From positions 1-32,000 of the forward strand of contig JBHLPL010000009.1 of assembly GCA_048939465.1 (NCBI GenBank): a stretch of DNA of 32,000 nt. The letters run 5' to 3'. The notes beneath the pieces were generated by a model. The model ran no database searches. It had not been told where the DNA came from and worked only from the letters and a program-made list of their open reading frames with translations. Position numbers and translations under genes: made by a program. Positions 25,458-32,000 of this stretch are shown here, piece by piece; within the stretch, counting starts at the first letter, position 1; the number at the start of each line of letters is the position of its first letter. The stretch is from Promethearchaeota archaeon. Lineage in GTDB: Archaea; Asgardarchaeota; Odinarchaeia; Odinarchaeales; JBHLKK01.

Positions 25458-26771
25458 CTACAAGTCCTCTTGACCAGGTATTCTGGCTTTTCTAAACTTC
25501 TCTTTCGGCAAATCCAAAGGATGTGTAGCATCAATTCCGACTTTTGTGGTAAGTGCTCTTTCCTGATCTCCCATCGGGTCAAGACTAGATCCCCGTATGT
25601 TCGGTATGATTAGAATATCCTTATCTCCCAGCACTCGTGTAGCAATGGCCCATTCAACCTCGTTCATGTCATATGGATCTATATCCTCGTCGACGACCAC
25701 CGCATGTTTCAATGAGCCATGAGCCGAAAATGCAGCCAGCAATACGTTTTTTCCGTCACCCTCTGTCTGCTTTTTGATTGCCACTACCGCATGAAGCCAA
25801 CCAGAACCGCCGAGCGTAAGGTTTACCCCTCTTACATCAGGGACAACGTTTCTAGCTTGCTCCCATATCTTTACTTCCCTGAAGAACCCCATTAGCAGCT
25901 TATGTTCTGACCCTGCTGATAGAAGAGCAGAATAGATCGGGTTCTTTCGATGAAGTATGTTTGTTATTTCTATTACGGGCTGCTTTCTCACAATATCGTA
26001 TGTTCCTGTTATATCGACAAATGGCCCTTCATCCACTTCTTTATCAGGTAATATCCGCCCCTCAAGGACGATTTCTGCCTCCGCTGGAACCGTAATATTT
26101 ACCGTATTGCACCTTGTCGTTTGCAGCTCCCCTTTGAATAGTGTATTTGCGACTTGCATTTCATCTACTCCTAGCGGAACAGGAGCGCAAGAGGCCAACA
26201 TAACCACCGGATGAAGTCCTATTGCTATGGCTATGTCTAGTGGAGCTTTTTTCTCCTTGGCTTTTCTATGAATCGCGAACAGCTGCCTTGGTACGATACG
26301 AATCGCCAAACGATCCTTATCCATTACCATTAGTCTATGTATGGATGCATTTTGCATACCCGTCTCTGGATCACGCGCAAAGACCACACCTGCCGTTATG
26401 TACGGCGATTTGTCTTCAGCATAGTGCGTCAAGATCGGAAACTTCGTCAAATCTGGTTCTTCTTCTACTTCCTTTACGGGCGCGTTAGCAGCCTCATTAG
26501 GCTCTGAGGGCTGTTTCATAGCTTTTACAAGTGTTGGATAGATGTCCTTCCTTTGTACATTGAGGGCTTTGCCGAGCCTTTCACGTGTTCCACAGATACC
26601 TGCTGCAATCTTGATCGTCGAGTTTTTGACATTTTCAAAAAAAAGGGCCGGTCCATTATCGTATTTCTTCATTAATGCTGCTATTTGATATACTGGGGAA
26701 ACTTCTTCTTCTATAATAAGAATGTCATCTTCCTTCTTTAACTGCTCAATAAATCCACGTAGACTACTCAT
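25458..26771 (-). CDS. UbiD family prFMN-dependent decarboxylase (likely trans-anhydromevalonate 5-phosphate decarboxylase)
   Basis: NASIHRLM, EGPFVDITGTYD, SEHKLLMG, GGSGWLHAVV, VVDEDID, GSSLDP, KVGIDAT. ATG at 26771. Substrate is inferred from the operon. Confidence 0.9.
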   Translation of the reverse strand: MSSLRGFIEQLKKEDDILIIEEEVSPVYQIAALMKKYDNGPALFFENVKNSTIKIAAGICGTRERLGKALNVQRKDIYPTLVKAMKQPSEPNEAANAPVKEVEEEPDLTKFPILTHYAEDKSPYITAGVVFARDPETGMQNASIHRLMVMDKDRLAIRIVPRQLFAIHRKAKEKKAPLDIAIAIGLHPVVMLASCAPVPLGVDEMQVANTLFKGELQTTRCNTVNITVPAEAEIVLEGRILPDKEVDEGPFVDITGTYDIVRKQPVIEITNILHRKNPIYSALLSAGSEHKLLMGFFREVKIWEQARNVVPDVRGVNLTLGGSGWLHAVVAIKKQTEGDGKNVLLAAFSAHGSLKHAVVVDEDIDPYDMNEVEWAIATRVLGDKDILIIPNIRGSSLDPMGDQERALTTKVGIDATHPLDLPKEKFRKARIPGQEDL

Positions 26772-26775
26772 AGGT

Positions 26776-27333
26776 TCATCTCCCCTTCCATCTCGCAAAC
26801 AAATCATGCTTTATGCCTATTTGGTCCAGAATCTTGCCTATAACGAAATCCGTTAGTTCGTCTATATTTTTGGGCTTATGATAAAACGCCGGCATTGCAG
26901 GCAGGATGATCGCTCCTGATCGCTTTGCACGTAACATATTCTCCAAGTGTATCATGCTAAGTGGCGTTTCTCGAGGAACCAAGATTAATTTTCGACCTTC
27001 TTTTAAGACACAGTCTGCAGCTCTCGTAATTAAATTTGAGGAAAAGCCATTTGCGATTGCAGAAAGCGTTTTCATGCTACACGGAATAATAACCATCGCA
27101 TCAACTAAGAATGTTCCACTGGCAAGTTCTGTGAAAAACTCATCAGTTTTGTATGATTTCGATGCGAGTTTCTCTATTTCTTCTTTTTTCTGTTCGACTT
27201 CCCAGCTAATTATTTCTTTGGCAATTTCTGAAATAATTAAAGCTGTCTCAATATTCTCATCGCGAAGCACCTCTAGCAAACGAATACCATATATCACCCC
27301 TGAGGCGCCGGTAATTGCCACTATTATTTTCAT
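26776..27333 (-). CDS. ubiX: Flavin prenyltransferase UbiX
   Basis: VAITGASG, LASGT, PCSMKTLSAIANG..NLITRAAD..LKEGRKLILVPRETP, PAMPAFYHKP. Confidence 0.96.
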   Translation of the reverse strand: MKIIVAITGASGVIYGIRLLEVLRDENIETALIISEIAKEIISWEVEQKKEEIEKLASKSYKTDEFFTELASGTFLVDAMVIIPCSMKTLSAIANGFSSNLITRAADCVLKEGRKLILVPRETPLSMIHLENMLRAKRSGAIILPAMPAFYHKPKNIDELTDFVIGKILDQIGIKHDLFARWKGR

Positions 27334-27578
27334 GGAATCGCCTTAATAGAGGTTTCAGCTGTTGGAAATTAGGTAAATATGTCTTTCATACTTGTATAAA
27401 AACAGTGCAAACAGAATAATAGTAAAGTTGGAGACAGAAGTTTCTATATAAACATTATGATGGAAACACATTTTCAATACGTTTTATGCCGATTATTGAT
27501 GGGATCCTCAAGGATATCTAAAGAAACAATTGTGAAGCTAACGAGAGGTCTTACAAACCGCTTGTTTCAATTACTTCC

Positions 27579-27917
27579 TCATGAAGTTCTGATTTTGTCG
27601 AGTATTCTTTTCAAGAGTTTATATACTCTTGCTGAATCTTCTTCTGCTTTCTTCAAACTGATGATAACAACTGCAATTCTATTCATCTCGTGTGCAGTTC
27701 TCTCTGCCATACTCTTTGCAAAGATCTCGTTCCTTGTCCCGAATACCGGAAATGTTACTGCAGCCGTCTTCTTTTCCTCGATGCTTAACGGTACGCCTAT
27801 AGCTATGGTTCCAACTCTATACTCACCATCAGATATCGCGACGATTATTCCATTTTCTAGATTTATCGCCAGCGCTGACAAGTGTTCCTGCTTCTCTTCC
27901 AATACGTTTTTAGACAA
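27579..27917 (-). CDS. Hypothetical protein, possibly proteasome assembly chaperone PAC3/PAC4-like
   Basis: LENG..V.ISDGEYRVGTIAIGVP...AKSMAER...IAVVIIS resembles archaeal PAC4-like proteins; from recall, not searched. Confidence 0.5.
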   Translation of the reverse strand: MSKNVLEEKQEHLSALAINLENGIIVAISDGEYRVGTIAIGVPLSIEEKKTAAVTFPVFGTRNEIFAKSMAERTAHEMNRIAVVIISLKKAEEDSARVYKLLKRILDKIRTS

Positions 27918-27954
27918 TGCAATCTACTCTCCTATCTTCCCATTTGCTTAGTTT

Positions 27955-28953
27955 TTATGTCCTTTTCAAGATTTTGTTAAGAATTCGTGGTATATCAGAA
28001 TATCTCTGAAGCTGATAATATCTGCCTCCTCCCAGCTTTGATAGTCTCTCACACATCTTTTTGCCGATTGACTCCTTTGTAGGCAGCCCAATAACGTGTA
28101 AAACCGGAAAAGCTGCTGCGAAATTCTCTGGGGGTTCTCCAAAGTTGTGAAAACCGTCGGTTATAAGTATCCCCCATTTCCTTCTGTGCTTGATTTTTGA
28201 CAACTCGCAGAGACCTTTTTCCAATGCATCGGAAATGTTGGTGTAACCTGCCACTTCGGAATCCAGTATTGAATCTATAAGACGTAGCGTGGGCACTTTC
28301 CTATCGATAGGTTTCAGCACTGTGCCACGAGTGTTGAAAAGAATGACTCCGTAGTCGTCATTTCGCATATGATAAGCCGTAACTGCTGTCACCAACGCCG
28401 CATTTATTATTCTCCTATCGGACATGCTACCACTTGTATCCAGCATCAATACGCCTGTTTTCCTGGATTCTTTGCGTTCCAATCCAACGATATCGTCATA
28501 AGTAAGATATCTCTTTTCTAAATAATTCTCTAGTGTTTCTTCCATATCAAAATCTGCCATCCACGGCGTGTACCTGATTCTCTTTATCATTTCTCCTCTA
28601 ATGCCTCTCCCACTCACCCTAAGAGATGCTTTTAGAATCGATACTCTGGCTAATCGTCTAAAAACGCCCCTGTATCTTGATGAGAGTTTTCCCCTGACGA
28701 GAAAATACAATTCTGGCACTCTTGCGGAGTTTTCACTAATCTTTTGGCGCGTCAATTGTATGCCCTCATTTGCGGAGATAGCATCTGCGACTGCTAGCGG
28801 ATTTATGCCTGCCAAATTTACTAGGGCAGACAGATTCTCATATTTAATTGCCAGTTTGGACAGATGAACGAGTGAAGCATAGTCTAGTTTTTGCGCCAGC
28901 CTTTTGTAGATTTTAGGCGATTTCCCCTTGATTCTAATCTCTGCCTCAAGCAA
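27955..28953 (-). CDS. VWA-domain protein (CoxE-like), partner of the MoxR ATPase
   Basis: MIDAS LDTSGSM, GYTNISDALEKG, ILITDG; start codon uncertain. Confidence 0.88.
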   Translation of the reverse strand: MLEAEIRIKGKSPKIYKRLAQKLDYASLVHLSKLAIKYENLSALVNLAGINPLAVADAISANEGIQLTRQKISENSARVPELYFLVRGKLSSRYRGVFRRLARVSILKASLRVSGRGIRGEMIKRIRYTPWMADFDMEETLENYLEKRYLTYDDIVGLERKESRKTGVLMLDTSGSMSDRRIINAALVTAVTAYHMRNDDYGVILFNTRGTVLKPIDRKVPTLRLIDSILDSEVAGYTNISDALEKGLCELSKIKHRRKWGILITDGFHNFGEPPENFAAAFPVLHVIGLPTKESIGKKMCERLSKLGGGRYYQLQRYSDIPRILNKILKRT

Positions 28954-29030
28954 TTTTTCATCGGAGATTTTGCCAGATAATACAACCGGTGCTTCCTCAA
29001 TTGCGTCATCGGAGGATTTTTCCCCCTCGA

Positions 29031-29888
29031 TTAAGGAAAATCTCGGAGCGATTGCATTACTATGTCGCGTATGACATCCTCAAGTGACCTTTCGGCGCTA
29101 TCTTCCAGCTCTATCTTCATTGCTAAGGCAGAGGTCGCAGCTTCTATCCATGCCCCCTCGTCGTTGTTATCATAGTAGTTCATTATGCCTGCTATGTCTA
29201 TGGCTGCTCGGACAGAGGCTCCTCGTCTAATATCGGGGTGTTTTCGTGTGGTTCTTGTGATCTTCACAGCTCTACGAATCAATTCTCGGTCGGAGTTATT
29301 AGACCGCAGTTCTGTAATCTTACATTCGTCCTCTTCAGATTGATAATTCAATTTTATCCAAACAAAGCGGTCTTTCAATGCTTCTCCAAGTGTAGTCACC
29401 CCTACGTGTTCTTCCGGGTTCTGAGTCGCGATTATATAAAAACCGGGCTTTGCATGCAGAACCCCGAGCTTAGGGATGGTTATTTTCCCCTCATCCATCG
29501 CAGGTAATAAGACATTCTGTGTACCCTCTGGAAGTCGATTTAATTCATTCAGAAGTAAAACTCCCCCTTCCTTCATGGCCTTGGTTAAAGGTCCAGATAA
29601 GAAAGACTCCCAGTTGTATCCATCTTTTATGACGAGGGGTGGGTCGAAAACTCCGACCATCTTATTCTCATTAAACCTCTCGTCCCCATCTACCCTGAAA
29701 AACCCCTGATCGAAATACCTGGCGATGGCCTCAGCCAAAACCGTTTTACCTACGCCCACCTCGCCTTCTAACAGAAGATGCTTTCCTGCCAATCTTGAGC
29801 TAATCGCCCGTCCAAGCTCGCTGCTTCGTCCGATGATATTAAATCTTTTTTGTATTTCTATTATGCTCTCTTCTATGTTCTTATTCAT
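29031..29888 (-). CDS. MoxR family AAA+ ATPase
   Basis: LLEGEVGVGKT, LLNELNR, ATQNP, ALKDRF, GASVRAAI. ATG at 29888. Confidence 0.92.
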   Translation of the reverse strand: MNKNIEESIIEIQKRFNIIGRSSELGRAISSRLAGKHLLLEGEVGVGKTVLAEAIARYFDQGFFRVDGDERFNENKMVGVFDPPLVIKDGYNWESFLSGPLTKAMKEGGVLLLNELNRLPEGTQNVLLPAMDEGKITIPKLGVLHAKPGFYIIATQNPEEHVGVTTLGEALKDRFVWIKLNYQSEEDECKITELRSNNSDRELIRRAVKITRTTRKHPDIRRGASVRAAIDIAGIMNYYDNNDEGAWIEAATSALAMKIELEDSAERSLEDVIRDIVMQSLRDFP

Positions 29889-29919
29889 CTCGCTAGACCA
29901 CCGATTAGGCTTTTCAAAT

Positions 29920-31269
29920 TCATCTCCCTCTCTTCCGCTTACTCGCTGTCGACAGTTCCCTCCGTGCCATCTCAATGTTGGTAGTTTCTTGCACTTCAGT
30001 CTTCAAATTCTTTATTGTGATTTCTCCCCTCTCCATTTCTCGCTTGCCCACTATAATCGCATAATCGTAATTACTGCTTGAAGCAAAGGAAAGACTTTTC
30101 TTGAGGGTTCTATGCATCAGCTCCAATTCACACGGTATATTCCGTCTTCTTAGCTCCTGTGCAACTCTTGCTGCGTATGAATAGAGGTCTTCAGATGCCG
30201 CCACTACGAGTATCCTATTCATCCTCCAGAGGTCGGTAAATAGCTCTTCTTTTTCCATTGCCAGAGCTATTCTATCTAACCCAGGAGAGAAACCTACCGC
30301 CGGAGTCGGGGTTCCTCCAAAAAGTTCTACAAGCTTATCGTACCTACCCCCACCCCCAATTGCTATCGGTAGTTTCCTGTTAAATATCTCAAAGATCATT
30401 CCAGTATAGTATTCGAGTCCCCTGGCTAGACTGAGATCCAATTGTATTCTCTCTGTTATTCCCTGTGCCTTCGCTATTTCAACTATCTGATCCAGATTCC
30501 TCATAGCTCCTTTCGCTTTGGAATAACCTTCGACAATTCTGCGGGCATCCTCAACCCCTTTTTCAAGATCTTCGACTTTAATTTCCAGCAAGCGCCTTAT
30601 TGCTTCCAGGCATTTTTCTGATGCACCACGGTTGCTCAATAACCGGAACACTTCTGTCGTTTTGCCTGAATCAATCATTCCCAGTATTTCGTCCTGATAC
30701 CCTTCTTCAACACCTTCTTGTTCTAGGATACTGCGAATAATACCGACATGTCCTAATCGCAGTTCAAACTGTCCAAAACCAAGTGATGTCATCATATCAT
30801 AAGCTATGGCTAATATCTCGGCATCGGCTTCTGGATTTGGTGAACCAAAGATCTCGAAACCTCCCTGCCAGAATTCTCGATAACGACCCATCTGAGGTTC
30901 ATCGTATCTGAAGCACTGTCCTATGTAGCCCAGCTTAACCGGCTTTGGCACCGCTTTCATTAAAGAATCGATAAACAACCTCGTAACAGAAGGAGTCATC
31001 TCCGGTCTCAGTGCGACGGTTCTTCCACCCTTGTCCTCAAAAACGTACATTCTTTTTCTAATATCCTCTCCAGCTTTCATTGCTAATAATTCAAAATTCT
31101 CCACTATTGGCATCGAGACTTCACCGTAACCGTATTTTTCGAAGAGGTCTCTAACAACATCAATTACACGATCTAGCTTTGCTTTGTCTTCCGGCAAGAA
31201 GTCTCTCATTCCACGAACAGTCTTTATTATCTTGGGCAAGGGATTTCGCCTGCTCATTCGTTGTGACAA
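29920..31269 (-). CDS. hisS: Histidyl-tRNA synthetase
   Basis: RGMRDFLP, LRPEMT, FRYDEPQMGRYREFWQ, LARGLEYYTG, GGGRYDKL. Confidence 0.97.
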   Translation of the reverse strand: MSQRMSRRNPLPKIIKTVRGMRDFLPEDKAKLDRVIDVVRDLFEKYGYGEVSMPIVENFELLAMKAGEDIRKRMYVFEDKGGRTVALRPEMTPSVTRLFIDSLMKAVPKPVKLGYIGQCFRYDEPQMGRYREFWQGGFEIFGSPNPEADAEILAIAYDMMTSLGFGQFELRLGHVGIIRSILEQEGVEEGYQDEILGMIDSGKTTEVFRLLSNRGASEKCLEAIRRLLEIKVEDLEKGVEDARRIVEGYSKAKGAMRNLDQIVEIAKAQGITERIQLDLSLARGLEYYTGMIFEIFNRKLPIAIGGGGRYDKLVELFGGTPTPAVGFSPGLDRIALAMEKEELFTDLWRMNRILVVAASEDLYSYAARVAQELRRRNIPCELELMHRTLKKSLSFASSSNYDYAIIVGKREMERGEITIKNLKTEVQETTNIEMARRELSTASKRKRGR

Positions 31270-31348
31270 ATCTAACCAACAGCTGGTTTTTTAACTTATA
31301 GATTCATCACGATTATTTCTAAGACCCTTTGCGTCCCTTTATCCAACG

Positions 31349-31924
31349 CTAAAGGTTGACTTGCGCTGCAAAATAATATGTCGTTTCTCCTTGTCTATCT
31401 ACAACACCGAGAACGAGCCTTTTCCTAGAACTTGTTGCCGCTTTTATTATCTTCTCCAGGCTTGACAATTCTAAAGGTACTCCTTCAACCACAACATGTA
31501 TGAGGTATTTCGCCACGTCTTCATTCAAAACCGCTCCTCTTTCATAAACCCGAAAATCAACTCCGCTCCCATACCCAAGACGTACTATGTATCCTCTGCT
31601 TCGCAGATCCCGATACACAAGATATTTCGTCCATATCCTTGGGTCCACTTCTAATGTGCTTTTTAGGATACCCTGGAAGTCAAGCTCCTGTTTATTCTCA
31701 TCAAAAACTCTAAGCCTTCTCCGTTCCATAAGCAGTAGAGCCTCTACTATTTCAAGATTCAGCTTGTCCTCCTCCAGGATGCTTCCATAATAGCCAGCCT
31801 CATAAGTTGATGTTGCCTTTTCACCACTCACAATTACGCTATTGTCAACTAATACGCCTTCAACGATCTCTTCCTCTTCCAACTTTTTCCCCGCCTGAAG
31901 GTCTTGTTTCATCTTTGGAACCAC
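31349..31924 (-). CDS. endA: tRNA splicing endonuclease subunit, probably the structural (beta) subunit of an (alpha-beta)2 enzyme
   Basis: LEIVEALLL, YLVYRDLRSRGYIV, DFRVYERG, RKRLVLGVVDRQGETTYY. The catalytic His segment reads EDVAKY and the KYG/KFG segment reads GYGSG. Confidence 0.85.
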   Translation of the reverse strand: MVPKMKQDLQAGKKLEEEEIVEGVLVDNSVIVSGEKATSTYEAGYYGSILEEDKLNLEIVEALLLMERRRLRVFDENKQELDFQGILKSTLEVDPRIWTKYLVYRDLRSRGYIVRLGYGSGVDFRVYERGAVLNEDVAKYLIHVVVEGVPLELSSLEKIIKAATSSRKRLVLGVVDRQGETTYYFAAQVNL

Positions 31925-32000
31925 AAAGTTTATTCGCTTTTCACGGTTTCTGTAGAGATACCGTATTCTTTATTCTTTCGGTAGGGGTCATGATTCATGT

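Noticed and set aside
28953-29030. Repeated AAAATC(C)TCCGATGA before the VWA gene as a possible intron or insertion
   Set aside because: No BHB geometry could be built, and removing the segment does not create a clearly better start.
271-31790. Numerous alternative-frame and antisense ORFs in the track (e.g. 872-1189, 7924-8454, 10611-11165, 14772-15239, 27457-27951, 29725-30081)
   Set aside because: They overlap well-supported genes on the opposite strand or in another frame and show no recognisable motifs; treated as shadow ORFs.
31930-32000. Short minus-strand open frame at the window edge (...NHDPYRKNKEYGISTETVKSE*)
   Set aside because: Too short to identify; it may be the end of an upstream gene outside the window.
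1-32000. CRISPR array or rRNA
   Set aside because: No regularly spaced direct repeats or rRNA signatures were seen; the Cas2-like gene has no cas neighbours.

Overview
Archaeal core-genome window (PolD small subunit, Hef, Alba, Cdc6/Orc1, a likely structural subunit of an (alpha-beta)2 tRNA splicing endonuclease; TACK/Asgard-like by inference). Two unusual layers stand out. (1) Two protein-coding genes are each split by a short canonical bulge-helix-bulge (BHB) intron that carries stop codons: UPF0147 (31 nt, 1973-2003) and a DUF355 adenosine-specific kinase gene (39 nt, 7531-7569, minus strand). tRNA-Ser(CGA) has two further introns and endA lies in the same window, pointing to endonuclease-dependent mRNA splicing beyond the known cbf5 case. 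(2) Three homologous ORF-less elements of about 300 nt sit in the porG-porD-porA-porB operon. Each starts GTARACT, ends directly before ATGAA, and supplies a Shine-Dalgarno sequence; two also supply the upstream stop codon and one an in-frame start codon, so the genes stay translatable. They resemble IS200/IS605 IscB/omegaRNA-type derivatives. Also present: an inverted ORB pair with an AT-rich spacer (candidate oriC), a Cas2/VapD-like gene bracketed by two identical 24-bp palindromes next to it, the archaeal modified mevalonate operon (UbiX, UbiD, AcnX large and small), arsR-acr3, a probably inactive M29 peptidase, and an ExeA-like ATPase/RHH pair. All analysis was done by hand; no searches or folding programs were run.
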